Assembly: GCA_976551045.1 (NCBI GenBank)
Contig: CDPCPM010000281.1
Span: forward strand, 9,734,001-9,798,000
Source: Glaucostegus cemiculus
Taxonomy: Eukaryota
DNA: 64,000 nt
Direction: 5' to 3'
Shown: positions 26,865-40,700 of the stretch, one piece after another
How positions within the stretch are numbered: position 1 is the first letter of the stretch
How the letters are laid out: every line of letters starts with the position of its first letter
Notes under the pieces: model-generated
What the model saw: only the letters and a program-made list of their open reading frames with translations
Told to the model about the DNA's origin: nothing
Databases searched by the model: none
Translations under genes and position numbers: made by a program

Positions 26865-27020
26865 TTGCTCAAGCAGCAAAGATGCTGGAAGAATGCAGCG
26901 GGTCAGGCAGCATCCATGCAAGGGAGTGGATTGTTGATGTTTTGGGTCAAGACCCCACTGAGTTCCTCCAGAACCTTGTGTGTTGCTCCATATTCCAGAA
27001 TCTGCAGTCTCTTGTGTCTC
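26865..27020. mobile_element. Penelope-derived short inverted-repeat element
   Basis: Arms gatgctggaagaatgcagcgggtcaggcagcatc and ctgagttcctccaga...tctgcagtctcttgtgtctc. Confidence 0.65.
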
Positions 27021-27269
27021 CAAGTGCTGCTTGGATTTTGTCATGTCCCTTTAAGAGCTGGCTTCAGAGATCATAGCAGCTTTGCTGTGTGCTGAAAGCT
27101 GTGAGAACTTGCAACTAATCAGTAGGGAGGGTCATTGTAAGAAGCAACAAATCCAGTGTCAATGCAGCAATGCATGGGGAAACCTGACAACGCTGTTGTA
27201 TGACATTCATGATTGGCTTTCTTGCTCTGCATGCAACTTTCAAAGACAGCATTAGAATGACACTACACT

Positions 27270-27830
27270 ATTTAATGCCTCTTAATTTTCTAGTCTGGTG
27301 CCAACCCAACATTACCACTACTGTTTGGGGTCTGTATATATCTCCCACTATTGTTTTTTTCCCCTTAGTATTACTTTGCTCTACCCAAAGTGACTCCATG
27401 TCACCCAAACTCATATGCTTCCTCACTACTGAATTACTGTCTTTAATCAACAATACTATCCAACTTTCCTTTCCTGTAGTCTGACATTCCTAAATATTGG
27501 ATACCCCTGGATATTCAGCTCTCATTCTTGGTTCCCCTGTAGCCATGTCCATGCAACCTCAACTATAATCATACCGATTTGCATGGGTAGTTTATTTGCA
27601 TTATTGAAAATGCTCTCTGCATTATGACACACAGTATTTACACTTGACTTTTTGAAGTCTTTTCTCTATCTTCCATTTTTTTTCCCTTCCTGTCCTTCAT
27701 TTCTATCCTTTGTTCCCTTTCCTCTGTCTCCCTGTACAGGATCCCATTTCCCTGCCATTTTTGCTTGAACTGTCACCAACAGCGTGAGTAAACATTCCCC
27801 TTAGCACATTGGTCCTGGTCCTCCCTGCTC
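27270..27830 (-). mobile_element. CR1 LINE fragment (AP-endonuclease region)
   Basis: The reverse strand encodes ESLWVEQSNTKGKKTIVGDIYRP. Confidence 0.65.
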
Positions 27831-27859
27831 TATGATCTCTGATGCCAGTAGGAAAAACG

Positions 27860-28335
27860 AGGAAGATGACTAAGGAGGTATACTCTCATGTGGCCAAAAG
27901 TAGGGCACTACATAGTTCTGATTATCACATTACGGGAAAGATGTAATTGTACTTGACATGTAGTCAGGAGACATGATGATGTGGCAAGGGCTTGAGAATT
28001 ATAGCAATGAGGAAAGATTGGTTAGGCTGGCATTGCTTCCTTTGTAAAGTAGGTGGCTTGAAGAGTGACTTTATTGAGGTGTATGACAAGATGAAGGATC
28101 TATATCCCTTGGAAGTCAACAACCAGGTATACTGATGTAAATTGATTAGTGGATGTGTCAGACAGGAAGTGGGGAGAACTCTTTTCACCCAAAGGTTGTT
28201 AGTCTTTGGAATATAAACAATAGCACTAGCAGAATATTTCATTGAATTTAAAAAATACCTGGGTGTGGACTTTAAGTGCCATAAACTTGCAAGCCTTTTC
28301 TGGCTAGAATGAATACAGTGGAGCAAAAGGCCTCA
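27860..28335 (+). mobile_element. Degraded CR1 LINE 3' fragment
   Basis: Similar to 56380-56720 (ttattgaggtgtat...ttttcacccaaaggttgtt). Confidence 0.6.
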
Positions 28336-28956
28336 AAAGAAATAATTTGCTCTATATATGCCATTTTGCCACCTTAAGTATAATTAATAATTGGACTGTG
28401 CTGCTTGTTGAAACTAAGCTCGATGAGCGATACTTGTACAACTTGACTCCCCAATTCTGTCCTCTCGAATCTCTGGAGTTTCATTTCAAGAGAGCAGCCT
28501 CCATACGTGGTTAGCTGCTTTAGGCTAGTAGTGAAAGACATCATAACCAAGCCTGATCCAAACACCCACGTACTCTTTAGCAGGTCTCACTGATAGCATT
28601 CAGGAGTAGGAAATCTGGCTGAAGAAGGCAGTGTGGATTTGACCTTGGCGTCCTCTTGAACCTCCATTTGGTTACCATTCTCTTCAGGCTATATTCACAA
28701 CTCGCCTTGAAGTGCAACATTGTACTAATGAATTGACTTCTGATTTAAAGAATTGTTTAACAATGCATGAATGTGTGTTGGGGGAGAAGAGTCTCATTCT
28801 TTACTCGTGCGTGACAGGGATTAAAAAGTTGCAGGATCAAGAAATCATAAATGTGAATACCAATGTTACCTGTGCCAATGTTGAGTGGAAATTATCCATG
28901 ATGCTTGTTTATGGATGTGATTTGTGTTCTTTGCTTCTCTCCCTCTGTTTTCTCAG

Positions 28957-29210
28957 CAGCAGCAGAAGCAGCACTCCAGTCAAGCCTCAGGCCCCTCCAG
29001 CGCACATCTCCCACCATCCTTCTACTCCAAGCTTTTCCTTGCCTCTGGGGGCCCACAATACTTCACATACCTTCACACCTAGTCTGCAGCCTGCAAACCA
29101 TTCACATCATCCCACCATGTTTGCCCCACACACAGCTCTGCCACCACCTCCTCCACTGACATCAAGTGCACTTCAGGTTCCAGGACATCCTGCTGGAGCC
29201 GGGTATTCTG
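28957..29210 (+). CDS. AUTS2: AUTS2 coding exon (exon 8 equivalent), 254 nt
   Basis: Acceptor ctgttttctcag|C, donor G|gtgagt. Encodes [23 protein letters not shown]...[37 protein letters not shown]. Phases join exons 7 and 9. Confidence 0.96.
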
Positions 29211-30283
29211 GTGAGTGACGTTCTGCCTAGTGGTCACAGTTCAACAATGCTGATGGTTTGAAACCTGGAACATTACTCCCTAATTCTGGATGTTTTTCAT
29301 TCAAATTCCATTTGTATCATTACAATCTGTAAACTCCCAAACAAAGGAACAGAGAAGTAAAAAAATAATTATCTAAATATAGGATAGTTCAATAATAGAT
29401 ACAGTGCAGTCTTACTCTTAGTATATAAATTCATTACACTTTGAGAACACACGTTGTATGTTTTTCTGAGTCAGTGGCAGCCTTTTAAGAATTTGTTACC
29501 TTTCCATGACTGATTACTTGATCTTGAAATGCAATTGGTACGAATTAGTTGATCTGTCAGTCAAAATGTGGAAACTTTGAAATGTTTCTAAAGCTTATTA
29601 CTAATGAAAGTTGTGACACATGTGTATGTCCATTCCAATAATAGATGATCTTGAATTGGCTGTTCGAGGATGAGGAATATTTTATTCATTTGGTACTACA
29701 TCCTGAGTTTTATGAAGGTTGATATTTGTACAGAGTCGTCCAAAGTTTTTATGTTTAAAAGCAAGCAAATGCAGCCTTCCAGAAGCAAGCATTTTGTTGC
29801 TGCTGTGCTAAGCAGTCCACCCGAATCTTTCATCTTACTTGCAAGGGGTATTGTGCTTGAATTCTGTGCTAAACACAGGATATGTCTGGCCAGGTGAAGA
29901 TAGGTACGTCGAGGTAATGTGCCATTGGTTATTTCGGCAGTACAAATTGGAAAAATTCCTTTGTGGCAACTCAGACTGTGCTGTCATGAATAATCAGGTA
30001 TACATGACATGGCAAGGGACACTCCTTGTGTTCAGCAATGGTTGCCTTGCAGCTGAGAGAAACCTTCTGAAGCTGTTTTAATTGTCTGTGCCAGGGAATC
30101 AGAAGTTGGTTCTAAGGATACCTTTCGAGTTTCATGAGTGCCACTGACGGGCAATTACTCAAAGCTGGTGCTGTCATTTGGGAAATCAAGAGAGGTTAGG
30201 GTTTGAAGGATTGATTGAAATAGCTGTTTAAGAGAGAGGGGACAGCAAATAAGGTAAGGCTAACACACAGGAAGGGAAGCTTT

Positions 30284-30535
30284 GGGCGGCACGATAGTGT
30301 AGTGGTTAGCGCGACGCTGTTACAGCGCCAGCGATCGGGGTTCGATTCCCGTCGCTGTCTGTAAGGAGTTTGTACGTTCTCCCATGTCTGTGTGGGTTTC
30401 CTCCGGGTGCTCCGGTTTCCTCCCATGGTCTGAAAGACGTACGGGTAGGTGAATTTGGGGGTTTAAAATGGGAGGCGTGGATTCGGAGGGCCGAAAGGGC
30501 TTGTTACCATGCTGTAAATAAATAAAAATAAATAA
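30284..30535 (+). mobile_element. Young full-length V-SINE
   Basis: A box tagtgtagtgg (30295-30305), B box ggttcgattcc (30339-30349), CpG-rich, V core, CR1-type tail and (taaa)n end. Confidence 0.92.
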
Positions 30536-32051
30536 GAAACTGGATGGTGATCCAGTGGGAATGGATTGAAGGGAATGGGAGACTGATGTTGTAAACCAGA
30601 TAAGCTCAGAAAGACCATAAAGGAAAAACTTAAGGAGACATCTTGCCACCTGGGGTTCTGGGGAGGCTGGAGTGGTTGTTTGTTTTGATGGACACAGAAC
30701 ACAGAAAAGGGAGGAACCAGCTGACACTTTACGCTCTGCTCACAACTAAGAAGCCTGTGAGTTCCATGTACGTGTTTTTTGGAGGTGAGAGAGAAAGGTA
30801 CAGGGCAGAGGAGTTCAGGAGACAATTTGTAGCCAAGAGAAGCATGGCATGATGTGGTCTCCAGGCCGGTCCTGAGTGTTGATAGTTTTGGTAAAGAAGG
30901 GTGACATCTGATAGTGATTGATGTGATGCTGCCAAAACTGCATAGAAGACTTAGTTTTTATCCAAGCTGGTAATTCATGATCATACTAGACTTTCAGCTG
31001 TAAACTGAAGATTTGGACTATGCCAGGAAAAATGGAGAAAAAGATGTGATATTTTAACACCATAAATTGTTAACCATTATGATATAGATAGGTCTTCGTT
31101 GGAGGAATACTGAAGTACTCTTCCTATTAAAATAATGGTTTAAGTTAACTTTCTGTAAAAGACCTCTGTGGTGTGCATTCGCTATAATGAGCTCTGATTG
31201 GTAATATCAGGTGTCCAGCTCTAGCTCTGAGGAAACACATGATCTGTTTATCTCTGCAACAGTTTCAGTCAGGATTGAAACACAATGTCAGTTGGGAGAA
31301 ATAACTTGGTGTGTTTCTTGGGGATCAATTTGACCATGTGGGAGTTTTCAGCTTGGTGACACTTCATCAGGATCTAGGACCATCTTGCATTTTTCAGATA
31401 ATCCGTTATTTTTCAGACTGGTAGCTTAAATTTCATCCCCAGCAAAAATGACCTCTTCTGCAAAGCGACAGATTTGTCATTCTTTAGTTTAAACTAAATA
31501 TCTTCCAATGTACCCAAACTAACAGACACTGAAGAGAATTCAATGCCAGTTGTATGCAAGGGCGTTAATACGTATATTGATGCTACATAATTCTGAGGGG
31601 AGATTAGCGGTTTGTTTTACCCTAATTTAAACAACTGCGCTGTTCTTTCATAACAGTGTCAGCTGAGAATGCTTGCTTTTCACTCTCCGTGTGAGTGAAG
31701 CAGTAACCAAGCTTTGAAAGAAATATCTTCATATCAATTAACTGCATCTATATCTGAAGCTTCACTCAAAGCTCAGAACCAATAATTTAGGAGCTGAAGT
31801 TTCCCTGAGTATTCCATAAATTAGATTAAGATAACATCACCATCTGCATGTAGCTTGTCAGATTGCCGTCCTGATCTTATTTGGTGACTAAAAATGCATC
31901 ATGTTCTCAGCAGGTTAGACGAGGCCCTGCAGGACACTTTGCGGCTTTGACTGGGTGTAATTTACTGAGTGTGTTGCTGGGCCACCAAAGTTCATCATGT
32001 TTCCTTCTGCAGAGATCTACAGTAGGATGACCATCAGCACTTGGAGAATGA

Positions 32052-32298
32052 TATTTTTATTTACTTACAGCATTGTAACAGGCCCTTTCGGCCCAACTAG
32101 TCCATGCCGCCCACTTTAAACCCCCAAATTAACCTACCCGTACGTCTTTCAGAATGTGGGAGGAAACCGGAGCACCCGGAGGAAACCCATGCAGACACGG
32201 GAGAACGTACAAACTCCTTACAGACAGCGACGGGAATCGAACCCCGATCACTGGCGCTGTAACAACGTCGCGCTAACTGCTACACTATCATGCCGCCC
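32052..32298 (-). mobile_element. Young full-length V-SINE, inverted relative to 30284-30535
   Basis: The reverse complement aligns ungapped with the 30284 copy, about 22 mismatches in about 245 nt. Confidence 0.92.
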
Positions 32299-32782
32299 TT
32301 ATTAATATTAATTCCCGAGTATTCAGTCTTATGCCCTCTACTCTGCGGTTTGCCAGAATGGACGGCATTTTTTACTGCAGCAGTAACACACACAGCATTT
32401 CAGTTGACCAGGCTGAACTGCTTTTGTTATGTTGTGAAGCAGTTTCTTCCAACGTTCATTGGATTGATGGAGATCTGTTGATTGATTTTCACAATTAGTT
32501 CAAGTGCTTTGACCAGTTCTAAAGGTGCAGTATACGATTTTGCGACACTGCAAAATGTTGTTTTATATTTCCAACCTGTATCCAAATATTTTGCTAACTA
32601 TTGACTTAAGTATGTCCAGAAAGCATCAACCCATTTATTTTTGTGCTCTTGACCCCCATTGTAAGTGTTATACCTTTGTTAGTCATGCTTTGCTTTCACC
32701 AAATTGGGGTAACTGAAAAACAGTTTATAATAAACAAGGATCTTGCGTGCATTCTGGATATTGTACTGTTTTATTTGATTAG

Positions 32783-33196
<414 letters not shown>

Positions 33197-33954
33197 TAAA
33201 AACTTTGTGTCTGTGATGCTAATTAGAGCCATTTACAATGATCACCTCCTTCCTAGCTTTCTTTAACTATTTGTGCTGTTTTGAATTTAAGACTATGGAC
33301 CAATGCACTATGCACCTGGTTGATGGGGTCTCTGCAATTCCGAATGAATGTTGGGAATTTGGATGTGCATTGTTCACAGTTTTCTGACCATTGGATTAAG
33401 TGGTCGGAAAATTGGCCCAGAATTCCACTCTGTTCCTCTGGTAGTTGGGAAGCCCCAGCAGAAAAGTGAGGGCAGAAAGACAAGGCAGCCAAATGATAAA
33501 GTACAAACATACTTCTTGCGAAGTTTCAGTAATGCATCTTCAAATTCACAATAGATCTTCTGTTTATCAAGGTGCCACTGTCTAGGGGCATCGGCTGCTG
33601 CCCTTCTACTTGCTCCTTGAGTTTCTCAGCAAGAAAACCCAGGGCTTTTGTGTGTAAATTGCCATTAATTAACTGAATTAGTGAAATCCTTAAGTATTTC
33701 AACCCTGGAGGACAAATATAGCAGAGGGCTGGGGTGGTGGAACCAGATATGGATGGGATTTTACTTTATATTTCTCTCAGATTTACCTTCTATGGTGAAT
33801 AGAACCCACTGTAATAGAGGGGATAGTGCAAAAAAAATTGGCCAGACCTGCCTTAAAAAGACAGCACTTGCAGTGACTTAAAGGTTTTGTGCTTTTGATG
33901 GTCCTGTCCTCCTACATAAAGGGGACTAAAGAGTTCATGTACTATAGTTCCAAC

Positions 33955-34281
33955 ATAGAAGGCCACCATTTTAACCCATCAGGTCCATGCCCGCTCACAG
34001 AGGAAACCCATTCCCTGCTAATTCTCCCCGTAACCTATTCTCCGCACATTCCCATCAACTCCTCCTAGATTCTACTATTCACTTACATATTTGTGGAAAA
34101 TTACAGTGGCTAATTAACCTTCCAACCCATACATCTTGGAGGAAACTGGAGCACCCAAGAGAAGCCCATATGGTCACAGGGAGAACACACAAATTCCACA
34201 CAGACAGCCCCAGAGGTCGAGATTGAACGTGTGTTGCTGGAGCTATGAGGCAGCAGCCCTACGTGTTGCGCCAATGTGCCA
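33955..34281 (-). mobile_element. V-SINE, older subfamily
   Basis: ggaggaaactggagcacccaagagaagccca...gggagaacacacaaattccacacagacag. Similar in structure to the 3075 copy. Confidence 0.8.
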
Positions 34282-34665
34282 AAAAAAAAGGAGAGGAGAC
34301 AAAACTAAAAATGGAGAACTTTCAAGAGTGAACCTCTCCCCAAATGACCATCTTGTACTCAAATTATATTTCTCCACAGAAACGAATGTGCATCCACTTG
34401 TAAAACTCCCAGGTGTCATTCAGTGCAGCTTAATCTTATGTTTGTATCCTGTTCTTCCCTGTGACTAAGGAGGTGCCCTTTCTCAGCTAGGCCAGTCTAC
34501 TTGGTGAGGGACTCAACATGGGAGTCAGAAGTGATGATAATATCTGACAATATAGCTGCAGGTTTGGTGTGATATATCATGTTCTGCAGAACCTGAGGGT
34601 CACAGCAGGAGTGAATGCATATTTACTGACCATAATTTGTTTCACGTGCTTTGATTCCTTTGCAG

Positions 34666-34710
34666 TTTGACAAATACCCAACAAAAGTCGATCCTTTCTA
34701 CCGACACAGT
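34666..34710 (+). CDS. AUTS2: AUTS2 coding exon (exon 10 equivalent), 45 nt
   Basis: Branch-like actgac near 34625, acceptor cctttgcag|, donor |gtgagt. Encodes FDKYPTKVDPFYRHS. Not in the ORF track. Confidence 0.96.
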
Positions 34711-37700
34711 GTGAGTGAACTCACCATTACACCAAGCTTGCTCCACCCTTGAAGCACTGTGTAAATTTAAAAATTAGTGTGAGAGCTCTGCCTTTTATAG
34801 CGCATGCATCAAAATTTAAGAGAGAATTGAATGCTTAGCAGCTTGTTGGTAACTTTTTGTGGATGTGCTCTCTTGGTAATATTTCCAACATAGTTCATAG
34901 ATGGCTAAGTTAGTTTGGAGGCTGGGTAACGTGTGTTCATTTAAGTAACAATCTGACCAAACTCGTACTTTCTGGGGAGACAGAGTACTTGTTCTAAAAC
35001 ACAAAAATACTATGGATCCAGTCAATTTAAAAATAATAATAGAACTGTTGAGTAGGTTAGGCAATTTCTATGGAGAGGGAATGAGAACTCATTTTCAGGT
35101 CAATGATCATTCATTGCTCAGTACTTGTTTATTGTTCTGGTCTGATAAAAAAATATTTTTGGACATTAACATTTTATTGATATTGGAGTTGAACAACATG
35201 ATGTTGTGGAAAGATTGCATACATAGTATTTGCTCTCAATGTTGGGTGAAATCTGAAGGAACATTAATGCTAAGCTCTTGTACATTAATTTTGACTTTTC
35301 CCCTTCCTCTCAGACCACCTAACGCCACATGGTAGAGAGAGTTTGGAGAGGGGTCAAGTACTTGCACAAGGGCATGTGGAAGATGGGATTCAGCTGGTGT
35401 TGCTGTGTGGACAGGAGAGAGGAAATGCTGCCTGATTTGACAGCTGAGGTCCAAACCTCACTCACAGAGCACAGTACACCTCTGGTTGACCTGTATATGA
35501 TTTTTTAAAACAATTTAACTACTCTCCTGGCTAATTTCAGCAGTCATTCCATCAGATGTTCTAATTCAGGGTATCAGATATGCAAATTCTTGCAGACATT
35601 GGAGATCATTTTCTCCTTGACAGAGTGTTGTCTACATGAGGTGAATCATCATTTTGTGTAAAGCTACAGACACTGGTGTCTGGCTTTTATTTCCTCTGAT
35701 ATGGAAGTTTCCTCGTGTCTTTCATAAACTCCTAAGTGATTCAGATTCAACTTCACAGAAGTCAAATAAACAGTTGAGGTTAGCTCCAGGCGTAGATAGC
35801 TTTCTTTACATAATGGTAGGAATGCTTTAACCCTTTGATGCTTAGCTAAGTCTGCACTCCTCTGATCAACTAGCTCAAGATTTTGTGAGGCACCAGTGAA
35901 CAAAACCAATTCTTCAGTAGTGTTATCTGATGTGATTGTTGTTTGTCTCCTACACTTATAAAGATTTTAAATGGAGAAAGTCTTTGGAAACTCTGCTTTT
36001 TATTTGCCTCTGAGCTGGAGGGGCCCAAATTTAAGCCCGAGTCCATGCTGTGAAAACTAATGTCAACCAAGTCTGTAGATAGACTGCAAATAGCCATCTT
36101 GAACCTAGATTGGGATGGGATAGTGCCACCTAACAGAAGTCTATGTTCTCTCCAACACCACCTGCAGCACTGCACTGAATCCTCAGTGGGTGCTGTTCAT
36201 CACCTTGGCTTTGCCTTCTGCTCTTGAGTAGCATGACAATTTTAAAGCATCTTTATCCCTTTAAAAGTTGATGGAAAGTGTTCTGTAAAAGGAGCTGCCT
36301 CTGCAACTGTTGTGCCTGAAACCTGATTCAATTCTGAGGTAACAAAAGCAGAGTCAAAATCAAGAAGATCCAAACCTCATATTTGCAGATACAGACCAAA
36401 AGAGGAAAAATGTATGATTACACCAGATCTTTACAGATCACTTTTGAAGATCAGTAAATGACCAAAACCTAATAGGGAAAAGAAGCTAAACAAAGAACCA
36501 TTGGAAGTACTCATAAGCCTAATAGAAATTTGCTACTTTTGAATTCTGTGATATTTCAGGATTATTTGACCTGTAAATTAATTCTATATATAGTAGTTCT
36601 AAGTGCAGGTTTAATTTGGATAAAAGGAAAACTGTCTTAGAACAAGAAGGATAAGGATTGCTATGTGGCATTGTGGAAAAATTCACATGTTGCAGTGAGG
36701 AGACACATGCCTTGTTTCATCACCATATAGCTTTTGAGTGAAGGAGAGGAAAATCAGTTCTTACTGCTAGTTGCTGGTCAGTGACTTAGATCGGAAGTAA
36801 TGTGCAGGTGGCTGTTAGGTGAGAAGAAGATTGGATTCCTCTCAATACATGCTTGTTATATGAGGAATAACCAAGTTGAAAGAAAGACCAGAGGGCTGCT
36901 AAGTTCCATGGAAGGGGATCTTGGTAGAAGGCAGTGGTTCCAGATGAGGCAGAGAGGATATTAGGGAAGGTGAAGCTGAAGAACATTCTTCCTTAAGTCA
37001 CGACCCAACAATTTTGTGCATAAATAATTGAGCAAATCTTGTACTTCTGGCAAATTGATTTTGGCAAGGACCGTCAAGACCTCCTGATGTGTATGTCCAG
37101 TTATTCTTAAAGGTCTTTACAGGATACTAACAATCATTTCTGAATATAAACATAATGAACCAACACAGAAGAATCAGGACACTAAAAAAAGCATGATTCA
37201 GCATAGATGGTGGGTGTGTTTCACATCCTGTATAGGTTAAAATGAATAGCTTGCATTTAATATTTTTTCTTTTCCAAGGTCATCCTTTTATGTAAGTCTT
37301 TGATATTACAAGATATTTTCAAGCACTATTTTGTTGTAATCACTGAATTTGACAAGAAATTATTACAACTAAAGTGGATCTGGAACTAATAGATTTCTCC
37401 ACTACATGATGTTCATGTCTGTTGCCTTACTACAAATGCACAGAAAGAACACTTGTTATCTGCTAATGGGAAGTCCATCTGCTTATTATTATCTGCTAAG
37501 AGCAAGGACTTCACCCCAAGAAATGCACTATCAAGGAAAACGTGATGGGACATCACAGTAATTAATACATCAAGATGATAACTTGTTGTCAAAAAAAGGG
37601 TGAATTCAAACTGCAGCTAAGGGATGGAACAATGGAACAAAAATGCAGCTTGACTATGGATTGTCCATTTGCACCAGAGCCAATTCAAATTGAGAGCAGA

Positions 37701-40700
37701 CACAGGAGGGGATGGTTTCCAATTCAACTTCAGTGCTGCACCTGGTGCTCATCATTGAGTGCATTGTGCATTTTAATTCACATCAGAGCCCAGCCTTCAG
37801 AAACCGTATCCTTTCTGATGATTTAAACAGCCTGGATATCAAAGGCATATGGAATTTCTCTTGAACTAATCACAACAGTCAGAAATATAAAGGCTACAAT
37901 CTATTTCATAGACTGAATCCAATCAAGTTACCATTTTTACTTGCATTCCTACACAGCTTCTTGCACTCAGTATGATTTTTTTTAGAAGAAGCAAAATTAA
38001 ACTTTGTGATCATTGAAGTATTTTAAATGATATGCTGAGTATAGCTGATGTCTGATAGTTTTCAATTGAGGCTTAAGGAGCCCCCATAAAGCAACAGGGA
38101 TCCCTTACTAACACACATGGATTTGGCACTATGCTTAGTTTGAATTTTGAAGTGGAAGATTTTGGAGGCCCAATTAAGAAGTTTTGAGAGAAGTAGTGTT
38201 CATTATGCAAATTACTCATTGAGAAACAAAGGAGTAACATGAGAGTTATAGGAAAATAAGAACAGATTTTGCTCAGTGGCTGGCTGTGAAGACGAAAAGA
38301 AGGTTGATGATTTGGCCATGTATAAGTCAGCAGAGTTTACTGGTTCAAAGAATGGTTAGGGAATGCCGGTCTTGTGTTTTAGAAGAGAATGGAAAGAGGG
38401 GTAAGAACTTTGCAAGTTTGAGATCCCTAGGATTCAGTGGGTCAGAGTAGGAGAACAGAGCGGCAAGGATAGGCTTGAACACAAGGAGCATACAAAGAAA
38501 ATTATGTCTATATCTTGCTGATAATGATGTCATCGGCAGGTCACAGGCCAACCAATGAAGAAAATGGCATATTGAATTATATCCCACCTATTTGTCAAAA
38601 GGGAATGGCTTCTTTCAATCATTATAGATCTGATTGGGTCTTTGTTTATTCAAATAGGGTTGTTGTACCCCTGAGATCTCACTTTACAGACAGTGCTTCA
38701 AGGGTTTTTATTCATTACTGTGAGCTGCTCTTTGACTGTGCTACAATCATTAGTATTCACACAGCAGAGCTGCTTTCCTACTTCATTCTCAAATCTCTTG
38801 CATCTAAAGCTTTGCTTGGTTATTGGTGTGCTTCCATGCAATACACACACGCTGATCAGTTGCAGAGCTTATAAGTAGTAACGAAATGAAGCATGTTAGC
38901 TGAGTAATGAAGCCAGTGTTCTCAGAGGCCTATCTTGTGTTTTTGTAGATGAATGTTCCACTCCATACTAAAAGGGAACTTTTTTAGAATTTACAACCTT
39001 TCTGCCTTTATGAAGGTTTCAACATTTTTGTTTTAGCACACTGGTGATTCCCCTAACCTGGGAGTCATTACCTTATAGATTAAATACTGCTTTAACTGTG
39101 TAAAGTGGAACTCAGGAGATGAGACGTCCTTTGACCATATATCCAAGTCTCCAAGTGAGTTAAAGTCATCATACTGAAAAGTTCTCGACAGGCCTAACAC
39201 TGATTGGGAAGTATCCAATTACTTGGAAATTCTTCATTGATTTTTGTTCCATGTTTTCTAGCACCTTACAGCTGCAGCTAATCTGATCGTCCAAAATAAC
39301 AAATTATTAGTTACAGAACTATCTATTTTACTTGTAATCAAATGAAATCTTAAAGAGATTTCAGCAAGTTTTTTTATATATTAGGGTATCACAGAATAAA
39401 GAACATGCTCTTTAGTTGCAAGCAATGACCATTTCTTACCTATAGTAGAATGATCTGCAATTGATGGTAGATTCATGGAGATCTTTTAACAAAACCATTT
39501 GTAGCTTTAATTCGCTTTTACTTTCCTGAAAGTTATGTTGAAAAAATAATTGAAATTCATTGCAAAGAAATGAATCTTAGTGCACATAAAAAGACTTAGG
39601 TAGTTTGTGAAGTCAGTATTCTGTGCTTTAATCTGCTCAAGATATGCATCCATCCTTCAGTAATAGGATCAAAAGGGAATAATGTGTTTGGTCAAGCAAA
39701 ATTTTTCATAGAATAAACAGGATTGAGTTAGATTTCATTGAACCCCATCTTCTAGAGATCACATCTGTTAAAAGTTAAGGGACTATTCAGTTTCAGTATT
39801 ACTGATAGATCATTCTTGGAGAAAGCCAATTCAAACATTACTTATTGAATATACAGTGCTTAGTTTAGTTTATCATAACTTTAGATGGTAGTCAATGGAA
39901 GCTATGTGTTCCACATTTTAAGTGGCTGTATCCCTCAGCAAACTCTATGTAAGGCATGGCAGAATTTCCTCACTGGCTGAAGTGAAGCAGTTTCTTTATT
40001 TGAGCATAGTCAAAATATTTGATTTAATTCAGTTACTACTTCTAAGCTGAGTTCTCCATGCCAATAATCAGTAACAGCCATACATTTTCTTTGCTGCTCT
40101 TGCTGCTTTCCATTGCACTGGATTTATCTGCAGCATACATAACTTCCACAAACTAAGCCTTGTTCTGGATTGTGCTTGGACCTGGAAGTAAAGATTTAAG
40201 TCCAATGGTTGATCATTCAACCAGGGTAAGAGCACCCTAAGCTGAATACATACCTGATGTGATCAAGGTTCGAAAGTTCTATTAGTCTTATGTTATGGTA
40301 ATATTTGTGGGGTGAATATATTAAAGATGAGTTTCTTATGAGAGCAGACACAGGAGGGGATGGTTTCTGAGAAAGAGCATGGATTATCAGAGCAAAGATG
40401 TTTGCCAGGCATAGTTGAAATGTACTGTATGTAACACATTTGCCAGTACTGAAATAACATCAATCTCTAAAATTCTGGCTTCTATTCTTTACGTGGCTCA
40501 AATTTATCCCCAGACTGCTAGAGCTGATTGGTAGGTGGCCTCGTGGAGAATGAAATGAACAAATTAAATTGCTGCCATAAATTCCTAGAGGAGATAGAAG
40601 TTTTTGTTTTTGGGAAAGTGATGCTTTTGGAACGGTAAGTGATGGTTCGCTGTTGCTCAGTTTTGGTCAGTTTTGCTTGTGATAGTCCTTCTCATGCCCA

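Noticed and set aside
30284-30360. tRNA-like sequence with A and B boxes
   Set aside because: It continues directly into the V-SINE core and tail, so it is a SINE head and not a tRNA gene.
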